A stretch of 64,000 nt of DNA, from assembly GCA_001949185.1 (NCBI GenBank), contig BDGG01000007.1, positions 1,756,730-1,820,729 on the forward strand, given 5' to 3'. The notes beneath the pieces are model-generated. The model had not been told where the DNA came from, ran no database searches, and worked only from the letters and a program-made list of their open reading frames with translations. A program made the translations under genes and the position numbers. The first letter of the stretch is position 1. The number at the start of each line of letters is the position of its first letter. This DNA is from Ramazzottius varieornatus. Taxonomy: Eukaryota > Animalia > Tardigrada. Below are positions 12,914 through 23,981 of the stretch, one piece after another.

Positions 12914-13261
12914 ATGGGATCGCGAGTTTTGATGGGAGTTTGTCTGGTGTCAGCGCTGGTCGCTGTGGTCTCAAGTGGCGGCTACGGTGGTGGCTGGGGA
13001 GGAGGAGACGGGGGCTTTTACGGAGGTGGTCTGGGATTTGGTGGCGGCTTCATCGACCCCTTCTTCGGTGGCTTCGGTGGCGGTTTCATCGATCCCTTCT
13101 TCGGTGGCTTCGGTGGCGGTTTCATCGACCCCTTCTTCGGTGGCTTCGGTGGCTTTGGATTTCCCTTTGGAGGCTTCGGTCTGGGCCTAGGCTATGGCGG
13201 CTTCGGTGGATTCGGTGGTGGTTTGGGCGGATTTGGCGGTGGATGGGGAAAGAAGAAGTAA
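12914..13261 (+). CDS. Secreted Gly/Phe-rich protein (family member 5), 3x GGGFIDPFFGGF
   Basis: Signal peptide, 36-nt tandem repeat x3, ends GGGWGKKK. Confidence 0.93.
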   Translation: MGSRVLMGVCLVSALVAVVSSGGYGGGWGGGDGGFYGGGLGFGGGFIDPFFGGFGGGFIDPFFGGFGGGFIDPFFGGFGGFGFPFGGFGLGLGYGGFGGFGGGLGGFGGGWGKKK

Positions 13262-13615
13262 ACTGCGGATACGGATGCAAGCTGTCCCAGGCTGAGTCTT
13301 TTTGCCAACGCATTTAAGAAATTCTGACTTTGCTGTTTCCCACATCGATGTTTTTTACACCCTTTTCTAGAAAAGCTTTTTACGAAAGTTTGCGATTGTT
13401 AGAGGTCCAAGAGTCTGTAGTTTGTTTGTCTGAGGTTTTAGAATTATGGCTGAAGCAATGGTCATTTTCCCCCATTTGCAGACAGCGCGAGAGAGCCCTG
13501 GTATGGATTCGAAATGTCTACTTTTGCTCGTACAATATGAAGGAAGACATGGAAAAAATCGAGTATTTTACTTTTGAGCAGGCAGTTATTTCAGAAGTGA
13601 AGGGTACTTGTGGCA

Positions 13616-16600
13616 CTAGGCAGACAGGTTCCGCGGGTCTCCATTGGCGTCTTTCTCATAGGTACCGCTAAGGTGGAGTACAGCATGGCAGTTCCAATAG
13701 TTGGATTCCAGTTGCTGCTCCCATTGCGAATCACAGTAGGAGGCATCATAGGCTGTGCAGGCGTAGGTCTCCGCAAAAAAGTCACACTCGATACGTAACA
13801 GCTTGTTGGCTTTCATCTTGTCCACTACGCCTACGGTCAAAGCGGGCATATTTTGCAGTAAATCGCTTTCGAAAGTATTAGGTAAGAAAGTCGGCCGGTA
13901 GCTCACTCACTCTTCAGGCCGAAGTTTGAAGTCTCGGGCATCCGGACCAACGTCGAGACGGAAGGCCCCATCGGTTCGTAGCACGTCATCTTGGCCACCA
14001 CTTCCGCTTCCCACCCTTTCAGTACAATACAAGTTCTCAGGTAGTCCACCGCTGCAAAAGGAAACAGAAACCACATTTGACCAAAGGTTTTCCACATTAT
14101 GTATCTCTATCGTACTTGCAGGTGGTCGATCAGCGACGGTCAAGTCATCCGACCAACTGTCAGTTAGGTAGCATTCGTTGTAGGTGGTCTGGGTATCGGC
14201 ATCGCCCTGTTTGCCACAAAAGTCTCCGGTGTACCCGCGACAGTGGTAGCAGTCCCCGTACATTTGGCACTCGGCGCGTTGGAGGACCAGTTTGTTCATT
14301 CGAGCACGAATGTTAGCGTTTTGGTCCTCCGTCAGGTTGGCCCGGATCAAGCGGCTCAACCGACCACTTTCTCCCACCACGTAGCAGGTGAAAAGGATGG
14401 CTTCTGTCATTTCGGCATTCCTCATGAACAGACAACTCATGGCTAGAGAGGCAACATGGTTTAACCATCTTTCCAACATAGCTTTCATTTTAGTTCAAAG
14501 GCTCTCACTGATTTCGGAGCTGCATTGTACTTGAGACAGCGCCGTCTTGGCCGCCTTCTTTCTCTTGCCTCCTGCACCACTTCCGGCGTCGCCACTTTGG
14601 CGTTTGACCATGGCGTGTTTGTCGCCGGCCGATGAGCTCTTGCCGCTCATCATGACGGTCTCACCGTCGATCGACTCAGACAGCGGTGGCGTGATGGGAC
14701 CTGGTGGCAGCGGATGTGCTTCTTGACTGACCAGCGGCTTGCCAGCCACAGTTTCTAGACAATACATAACCTACACTTGTTAACAAGTCCCCCTGTGTAT
14801 CTTACTGAGACATTATCCTACCTGTGCGAGTACTATTGGAGCAGCTGACTGGAGCTGTGCCCTTGGTCCCAATGACCTGCTTGGATAATTGAGTCTGGAA
14901 GGACCGGCTGGTGATGCTACCACGCAGCGTCTCGTTAGCGGTCAAAGGGTGACCGGAAGTGAGGACGCCCATCCAGGGTTTGCCACCAGTACAGGAATCC
15001 AGCTGCGGTGGACGAACAACATCACACTTGGCCACTCCACTGCAGTCAAAGTGCAAAGTGGTCTTGGAGAAGGTACAGACTGCCACCGGAAGGGGGTGTA
15101 ACTTGTCGGCTGGTGGCATGTTAACGCTCAAGGCCAGCACAGCACTGCCGTCCACAAGTCCTGAGACAATAACGTAGGATACTTAGTGCGCTACTGGGCG
15201 TATTCATTGGGTTGAAACTATCTCCGTAAAGTAAAGTCCTGACCATCGGTGTCGGACCATGAATGCGAGACAGTCCCTCCCAGGCATTCATGTCTGGACA
15301 TTCTTCCAACGTCCGAAACGTTGAATGGTATTGCGTCCACCGAACAGTTGTCCTCACATTCGACACCGTTATTGTCCAAGAAGATGCACTACAAAAAGGC
15401 AAGTGTATGAGTACCGTTGGCTAATAGACTGGCGATGCTCAGTAAGCCCGTCTATATACCTGAATGACATCGTGATCAAGCTTGGGTTCCGAGGAACCTG
15501 CGTCTTTCTCCACGGCCTCCAAATCATGCTTCTGTACTTCCCTCACTGCGACAAGAGACAACTGTTCAGTTTTAGATACGGCACTTCATACACAAGCATT
15601 CCACGCACAGAAGCGGGTTTGACGGCGTAACGAGTTCCTGGCTCGGACTTGGTCCTGGTTGAGGACCGGCTGTGACAGCAAGCGAATGTTGGGCTGCGCC
15701 AGACTGACAGGACCATCATTTCCCGCAACGTCGCTGGTGATGGTTCCTTTCATAATACTTCCTGGCAAAAAAAGCAGCTCATTACTGATAGACTGAAGGT
15801 TATGAGGACCTTAGGTCAACCTTGTTTAAGAGGATCCCCCTCACTGGCACGTCCCTTCCAGGAGACGGCACCGGCACAGTTGGCGCCACCTGCGTCACAG
15901 CGTGTGGTACTGCGGCACAGGAAGGACCTATCCCTGCGGAAGGTACAGGCTGCCACGATCTTCTCAGCCTGTCCAGCGGGGATGAGCAGCGGCTGGAGCC
16001 AGGTGGGCAGGATGCCGTCAGTGGGCAGCCAGCTGTGGATGGCCGGCGCCTTGTTCTCGATACACTGCCGCATGGTGATGGTACTCTTGCTAGCCACATC
16101 CACGTCGTACTGGAACTCGTCGCTGGTGCAGCCGCGCCAACAGTTGGCGAAGCCCGAATCAAAGAACTGGCATTGCACGACATTCGGGTCGATCGAGCCT
16201 GTCGCGGAAGTGGTCTGCGCAGACACTTCGGGCACGTTAATGTTAGTGACAGGAGGGCTGTTTGGTATGTTTGTCGCCTTTTTACTCGCATTAATGTCCA
16301 CCTGGGCGTCGTTGGTGTTCGTCAACGATTGTCCTTGGGGCGCAGAAGTGGCAGGTTGCGTCACCAGGTTAGATTGATCGTTGGCAGGCACTGCCTTCAC
16401 ACCAGATCCCTCCCTGGGATTGGAGAAACCTGAAGCACAGCAGTATGCTATGAAACATTTCCGGATATTGAACATTTTGAACAGGTGGCTATGATGTACC
16501 GGGACTTTGTAGAGGGAAAGTTACAAAAGTCTTAACGGGGGCTGGCTGGCCACTGGCTGTCATTTCTTGTGGTTCAACATCCGGAAGTGAAGGTGGAGAA

Positions 16601-17412
16601 GTGACTCGGACCACCGGCCGAGGGCGCGGCCTAACCTGGGCAGTTTCCGCTTCAGGCTGAGGCGGCGGCTGAGTTTGGTCAACCTGTTGCGGATCAGGCT
16701 GGAAAGGGAGAAAGACTTTGAAGTTGGATATTCGTGATGGTGCGGCGGTTCGTCGGTTGTTTGGTGGAAGAGGGGTAGGGATAGGCTGACTTTGACTGTT
16801 GGCATCAACGGAAGTGTCAGGCTGAGCATCAACAACGAGAACTTGTGGTTCTCCGTTGCACTTGCGCAACTTCCGGATGGTCTGGGCACCCGCTGGAGCA
16901 CACAGAATCCAGCCTACCTAGAAAAGGGATGGTTCATTGCTAAGCCCGGCAGATCGCCTGAAGTTCCACATCCGCAGTCACGGTGAAGCATCACTTCAGT
17001 GCTCTGCGAACTTGGAGGTTTTCCAACGAGGAAGTTCATAGCTTTCAATTTGAAACTTACGCCTTCAGTCACTTCTGTCACCTGTACTAAGCTAAATACT
17101 GTAAAACTATATTTTGACGAGCTCGAATTTCGATCTGTGTGCCAAAGCAGTGAGCAGACTCATGTCCAAAGCTTAGCAAACCTCGATCCAGTTGACGTCT
17201 GCGATCCAGGGATTATAGTCCATCCATCGATCGATGGATGTACGGGAGGCTTCGGCCATGCGTGACAGACAATCATTCTTCCGTACACGAATCCTGTAAG
17301 GGCTATCCACTGGGCAATGATTGCTCTGTCCACCAACCCGAACGCTTTCGTCCAAGAGAAACAGAAGGCCCACCCACAGGCACAAAATCTCCGGGAGACC
17401 GTGCACTGACAT
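13616..17412 (-). CDS. Large secreted protein: signal peptide, LysM domain, Pro/Gln/Thr linker, repeated Cys-rich domains; about 9 exons
   Basis: Splicing out 16918-17181 gives CPVDSPYRIRVRKNDCLSRMAEASRTSIDRWMDYNPWIADVNWIE|VGWILCAP (LysM pattern). Downstream minus-strand ORFs 16489-16869, 15816-16475, 14802-15155, 14495-14767, 13907-14488 and 13616-13906 appear to join through GT-AG introns; not every junction was checked. Confidence 0.75.
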
Positions 17413-19318
17413 AATCTAAAATGGATATAACATGAAGGGGATGAAGGGGTCAAGGGAAATGGAAGACCAACAGAGAATCTTTCCACGGTACTAGTGCACA
17501 GCTCAGCGTTGATCAGAAATATATTCTAGTTTAGAAGAACAACGACTTTAGCTTTGGACTGTTTTCACTATGAAGATAGCCGTAGGCCAATCTTTTCTCA
17601 CCGGTTCAACAAGCTTTCGCTTCTGTCGTCCACGTGCGTTATAAGTTATGCGCCATTATGGGAAAGCTGTGACGTCGTCCGATATCGCCAGTCGCCCTTG
17701 CAAACATTGCAGCTCCTCACTGCCCTCACGACGCCTGCCATCGGATAAAAGCCATGTGGAGAATGGTGTTACCTTTCAAGACATTCCGTTCCAACTCCGG
17801 GTTGCGGTTAGTGAAAACGTCCCACAATAAGGTCTAACTTAAACAGGAAGCGGATAACGTACTGTACCTGTAAGACTTTTATTCCGTTATGCAGTGCAAC
17901 AAAGGGCCAGAGCTCAACCAAACTTACTGTGGTCGGTCATAGGCTCGTCAGAACCCAGAATAGTACGGCAGCAACTCCCAAAAAAGAGCGCAGGAGGAAG
18001 TAGAAGCATGACGAAGAACTCCTTGGCCTCTTTCCGCCGCTGAGTAGCCTGCCAGGGTGCCGTTCTCAACCGCGCGATGGCTTTTTGATCCCACTTCGTC
18101 AGTTCTTGTCGCCAACTTTCTCTTTCTTTCTTCGACCTTTTTCCGCCAACTGTCGAAAGAGGTACCATCTACGAAACAGAAATGGCATCGCAACCGCATC
18201 AAACTGATCGCGCATGCTAATATTTCTCACTTTCAAAAGCCCGCAAGACGTCGAAGTAGTCCCGACTGTGACCAACGTTTATGTTGGACTTTGTCGTACA
18301 TGGCGGAGGACGTCAGCGGCACATGCTGCACGCTGGGAAAACAATATTAATGACCACACTTTCTAGGGTCGCTTACCTGGTACCGACAGAGAAGAAGGGA
18401 TGGCCGCCTCGCGCTGTGTAGGCTTGCCGAGGTCGGAGCGCAGAACTTCGTCAGAAGCGGTGGTACAAGGTAAATGATGCCCTTACATCTTCCGAGCGGG
18501 CATCACTAGGATGATCCTTCTTAGTTCCAGCCGTTGTTGCTTCTCCAAGCGGGATCGTTCTTCCCCTGCTCGACGCTGCTGGGCCACAGCCGCCATCGTG
18601 ACTACTATCTCCAGCCACGACTGTTGGAACTTGGAATAGCTAGTCGGACCAACTTCTGAGGAATAAGAGGATCGATGAAACGGCAGACCGATGTCCAGCG
18701 TGCTGTTGACATGTCATATTACCGAAACTGTATACCGTAAGGGCGAATTCGCAGGAAAGGTGGTAATCGATAGTGATGTCATAGCGCTGTCAACATACCA
18801 CTGTACATCGTACCTCGTACTCATAAACCTCGTACTCGTACTCATAAATAGGAGAGACGAATGTACGTTTTGCCGCCGAAACCAGTCAAAATCTAACCTT
18901 TTTGATATTCGCGGATTCTAAAACGCCCGTTTTAGCTCTTTCTGTTCTGGAGAAGTTTTTGGTCTGGTAGTTAGGATATGGGTTTATTCATATTGTCGTG
19001 GCAGAAGATATACAAGTAAGGCAATCCGCAGAAGCAGACCAACAGATGACGCTGCAAAATACAATGTTGTGATTTTGAGAAAACTTTTTCGTGACAAGAC
19101 AGCAGAAGCATGTAAAAGTTTATCCTGTCAAAAAAGACTGTGATGAATTTAGTGGGTATAGTCTAAAGAGCCGAGACAACGGAAAATGGTAAATCCAAAA
19201 AGGCTTTCCGAACGAAGAAGACTCTAATGAGGATCGTCATCAGTAATGTTGGACGAAGGCATTGACAGAGGCACATACTGTCATTGATGGATTGCGTGTT
19301 ACATCTTCCGGCAGGGTC

Positions 19319-20134
19319 TTAAAAGTTGTTTGAGTGATGGGCGTTCCTGCAGCAAAGTCAGGGCGTTAACGTTTGTGCAAAAGAGGTATTTTAGGTCGAA
19401 GGTGGCGAAACGCGGGTCAGTGCTCAAAAGACTTACGTCATCTCTGAGCCAGCGGTGTTACCCAGATGAGTACCGGTGTCCTGAACACAAGAAAAGTTCA
19501 AATTAGTTTGGACGGAACCCTACAGTATCGAGAAAGGAAGCGTACCATGGACAGGGCACCAGCACCTCCACCGAATCCAACTCCCTTTGGACCGTACTTG
19601 CGGCCGTGGCAGTGACGGCAGAAAATCTCGCCCTGATGTTCAGTGACGTTGGTCGAGTCCAGCAGCTTGTTGCACAGACCTGTAACCACAATCCTCATTT
19701 TGGATAAACCGTCATCAACGTTGTACGTCGAAACAGACGTAAGAAACTGGGCGAGAGTTGCATGTCCTGCTATGGTAAATTAAAAAGACTGTCAAACAAT
19801 TGTGTTAGCCTATTCTGACAGTCCAGCACTCTCGCAGCTTTTTTCCAGTGCTGACATCGATGAATCCATATTTTTTAGTTTGTTTGTTAGACTGTGAAAT
19901 TTTCAGCGTCACTCAGTCACAATGCTGCAGGCATCGTTTTTATGTTTGGAGGATCCTTTCTGGGAAGGATTAGCTGACCAAGCGACCAGTTTTTCCTGAT
20001 CCCTTTCGGTTTGACTTACCGCACTTGAAGCAGGTCTTGTGCCATTTTCCACTAGCGGCGATCCTTTCCTCAGCAGGGTAGACGCTCTTGCCACACTTTG
20101 GGCACTTGTTTTGCTCGGCTGCGACGAAAGGCAT
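19319..20134 (-). CDS. Single-LIM muscle LIM protein (Mlp60A/CSRP family), 4 coding exons
   Basis: [38 protein letters not shown]|[45 protein letters not shown]|DTGTHLG..., i.e. LIM domain plus the Gly-rich KYGPKG tail. Confidence 0.95.
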
Positions 20135-20598
20135 TTTCTGCAAAAAGAAATAGAATGATATTGGAAGGGACTTCGTGGAGAAAAAACAAGGAGTGATGCA
20201 CTGATAAGAAGGAGGAAGCTTTACCGAAATACCGTGGATAGATGGCAGTAATGCAAAAGGCCGACTTGGACAACGTTCCGATGGATACTAAAAGTTGTCT
20301 TGGCGATCTTTCTTGTGTGCAAATACGGGTAAACTCACCGAGAGAGAACCAAGAATGGCAAGTCAGCTTCGCGAGATATTATTACCACAGCCCTGGAATG
20401 CGTTAGCTAGACTATATATACCAGGGTAGACCTCTCACAGAAGCTTACATTGCTTTGTTTGTCGGCTTTCTTGACCACGCTTCGGCGCTGACATTTTGCT
20501 GTCAAACATAGGGTGGTATAGTGGAGACCTAGCAAGGTAAAGAAACGACCTACCCTTCGAAGTGGGATGGCAGTGTTACATTTGCATGTTGTGCTGCT

Positions 20599-20608
20599 TT
20601 ATTTTTAG
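20599..20608. promoter_or_regulatory. Candidate MEF2 site upstream of the muscle LIM gene
   Basis: TTATTTTTAG matches YTA(W)4TAR, about 180 bp upstream of a TATATATA box at about 20413-20420. Confidence 0.4.
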
Positions 20609-21553
20609 TGCCGTGTCAGCGGAACGAGGAAGTGGCAGACCAGCAGATGCTGAGTTGAGTCTCGTTTGCCGGAGATTAGTCATATTTCCTAGTCAGAGTG
20701 ACACCACATGCTAGCCTGCTCTTTTATGGAGAACACAGCGGGCTCGCCTCATCGAACGGCGATCGAGCTAAGAACTCTGGCGTACGATCGCCCGCATCTT
20801 CCAGCTGTGTCTCGGGTCTTTGCCTGCAACGCAAGCCTGAGGTTGACGTCCAGATCGTGCAGAAACTATGTATATCGTTCTTTACGATACTTATCGTGAC
20901 CTAGTCGGATGTTGCAGGAATCCAGTAGCTTGCTTCCGTGGCTCCGCCGTGACGTCGCCTTCGATCTGTCTCGCAGTGCCTGAAAAAGGCAAAAGCAGTG
21001 TTCAGCGTGTGGTGGAAGTGCCCGAAAACAAAATGCCCAAAGACTATGCGCGCTCCCCTTGGAACTATGTATGGATATTCTTTCGTACAGAGTTATCAAA
21101 TTGAATAGTGAGAGTCTTTCCAGATGTTTCCCTTTTCTAACGTGATCAGATAAATCATATTGCTGTAGTCAATGGTAATCTGTGAGCCTCGACCCCACCA
21201 AGTACCTAAAGTTTGCGGCAAAGCTTACAGTGGCGCCATCTTCATCGTCGGTCATTTCAAAGTCCAAAAATCAAAGCTTAGATTTAGAATATACGTCGAG
21301 CGGGGTTCTGCACAAAGTACGATACTCATCTGTATTCAACACAAAACAGTGAGACACAAGGTACATAAACCAAGCGACGGACATGAACCGAAAAGGCGGT
21401 GCCTAACGGGAAAGAAATACGTGAAGACATAGTTCGTAAAAGTAATACTTCATCGAGTCACGGTCGTGTGAAATAACAGCCTGAAGCTAGCTGGTTCTCG
21501 CACAGGTGAGCATCTACATAGTTGGCTAGTCTCCATAACCGCAGTTCTTGCTT

Positions 21554-22387
21554 TCATATCTTTCGGTATTTGCCCACAACATGCTGACAATTGGGGCAAG
21601 TGTGAATGGCGTCTTTGCAGTCATCGACGCTGCAAAGCAAAATGAGACTTTCATCAACCATCAGGTTGCCTCAGCCTATGTTTTGTCGTGGTTAAAATCA
21701 CTGCTTCGCACGCTACACTACCATGATCATTGTCAACTCGACAAGCGATATCAGAACTTGGAGTTGAACAACCATTGCTGAAGGCTCTTACCACAAGGGA
21801 ACAAGGCAACATCCCAGCCAGCATCCTAACAAGGCCAGACCTCCGATGAGGAGGAAGGTCAGACTTCCGCTTTCACGAGTAACATTGGTTCGCACCAAAC
21901 TTCCGCAGTTGGGACACCTGCAAAGAGCCATTCGCACACCAAAATGAAGTGAGCTTTCAATGAAATGTTAAGTTGTAACAAAGGTTTATTGGGCCAGAAA
22001 TAGCGCGATGGGGCTGTAAAACTTTCTGCCGGCAGAACGATGATATACACAGTAGTATGCAGTCATGTTTGTCATTATCTTCAAGGGAGAGAAGCAGACT
22101 CACTGCACATTGACGGGATCGGCGGTGTCGATTCTTCCAATGGTGGAAACGTAGCCGATTGTGGGAGGCGGAAGTGCCGCAGCTGATCCGTCGGTGACAT
22201 AGGTGACGGTGTTGGTGGTCACGACGCGATCGCCGTTGTGGTCCGCGTAATATGGCGGAGGACCCACCACGTCAGGTCCATATTGAGCTGGCAAAGTAAA
22301 CACAACGTCAAAATACATCACAGTAATACGGCATCTTCAGCAAGTCCTACCAGTAGTCGCCTCTTCCACGCCGCTGACTTTCACCAT
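21554..22387 (-). CDS. LITAF/SIMPLE-domain protein, 4 exons
   Basis: PPPY motif, then PVNVQ|CPNCGSLVRT...hydrophobic GCWLGCCLVPL...DCKDAIHTCPNCQHVVGKYRKI-stop. Confidence 0.93.
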
Positions 22388-23107
22388 TTTCCCAACTCTT
22401 CTGGTTCTTTCAGATCCGAGGGTTTCCGTAGAAGAATTCCCGAACGGTCAGGCGCTCTAGGGACTATCGGCAAAGACGAATATTGACACTGACCACTTGC
22501 TGCTGAAAGACTGCTGATAAAGACACGTACTGAAATCGTGCAAGAAAGAATTCACGGTGCAAGGTACGAGGTGGAAAATCTTTCGTGTCCGGTAAGCGCG
22601 ACTTAAAGAATAAAGTTATCAGACGGCACCATCGAAGGCTGCGAAGCCAGTCGTCTCAAAATGCGCCACGGCTGGCACACGCTGTATCATATGAGTGAGT
22701 ACATACGACTGCGGAAAAAGAACCCTGCCGGTACATGGGCATTATTTTCCGACGCATCCCTCACTGCAATGATGTCATTCGCCAGTTTGCGGAGGGGAAC
22801 CCATCTGTCCAACGGATCACATACATACTACCTTACCGCTTTTCGTACAGCCGAAAATAAGATACTTCATCCATCTTTAAGTAAGGGAACTGTTTCATTA
22901 TTTGATCAAATAGGTCCAAACGCGAAAGACGTCCGTAACTGAGACGAATCAACCGAGAATCACGGCTTTCTACTGCCGTGAGGTAACAACAGAGCTTCCA
23001 CTGGAAACGCGGTCCAAGTGCGGGACGGATTTCGAGTGGTTACCCTCATCTATAGTCAATTTCGTCTCGTTGATCTTCATCATAATAAGACTAGCAAGAC
23101 GGCCTTA

Positions 23108-23900
23108 CTGAAAACCTTATCGTCCACTATGTGAGGCTGATTCCCGAAGGTCAACCGGCGCCAATATCCCTTCCTACTGTACAGTCGCCCTTCAACTTGT
23201 CAAACCAGGCTGTGAACCACCTGACCTTCCTGCACTGCACGAGTATCCTTTCTGTCCAGATCAACCTCCGACCTGCTGCCATCTAAATTCACAATAACAT
23301 CCCACCTTCCCAAGGCCACTGGCCCAACACATCGTGTAACCAACGGATAGAAGACTGGTCTAACCTGCAACTGTTCCCAGTCAGACTCAAAAACTTCACA
23401 GCCGGCCAGAGAATCAAGGATATTCAGCATGAAGCTGACATTGCTAAATTAAAGGCGCTGTACGAATGCGGCGGCCTGGTCCTTGACTTTGACGTGTATA
23501 TCCTCAACGGAACCCTATTACGCCACAAACTTGCTACTTCGTCTTGTCTTTCCTACCACGAGGACCCAGGAGAATACAACGACAGACTGAATGCTGGCTT
23601 TCTTGGTTGCCTCGAGCCCAAAGCTGAATTTCCGAAAAGAGTGTTGGATGTGTACGGCAGAGATTATCGTCCGAAGGAGTGGGCCTGCAACAGTGGTGAA
23701 CAACCGTTTCGCATTATGCATGAGTACCCGCACACTGTAACCTTAGATGACTGGATCTGCAACGAACCAGAATGGATCCGCCGCCATATGGATTTGTATG
23801 CGAATGATTAGTGGCGAAATATGACGGCCTACCATTCTTACTTTCACATGTTCCCTGGAGCTTTCAACGAGGAAGATTTCGAAGCAACCCATATATTTCT
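23108..23900 (+). pseudogene. Intronless GT32-like (DXD, alpha-1,4-glycosyltransferase type) pseudogene
   Basis: IVHYV...LTFLHCTSILSV..NLRPAAI*IH...HEADIAKLKALYECGGLVLDFDVY...LNAGF. In-frame stops at 23284-23286 and 23809-23811. Confidence 0.75.
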
Positions 23901-23981
23901 TCCAACGGACGTGGTCCGGTCGTTTGCCTCGAAATCTAGGTACTGGAGGCTAAAGACAACGCGTAGAGATTCGCCGCTCTA

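Noticed and set aside
13046-13153. 36-nt direct repeats of CRISPR-like length
   Set aside because: Contiguous coding repeats without spacers in a eukaryotic gene, and no cas genes.
11885-13317. Arg/Trp-rich alternative-frame ORFs (LRWLRW repeats) resembling cationic peptides
   Set aside because: Shadow frames of GGN/TTC codon repeats in the Gly-rich genes, with no independent start context.
17914-18600. Possible small minus-strand gene; deleting one T at about 17980 would give a tail-anchor TM (LFLGVAAVLFWVLTSL)
   Set aside because: Several frames are open and no consistent exon chain or family could be established.
20698-21104. Short plus-strand ORFs with possible splice sites
   Set aside because: No recognisable domain, and they overlap the likely regulatory region of the LIM gene.
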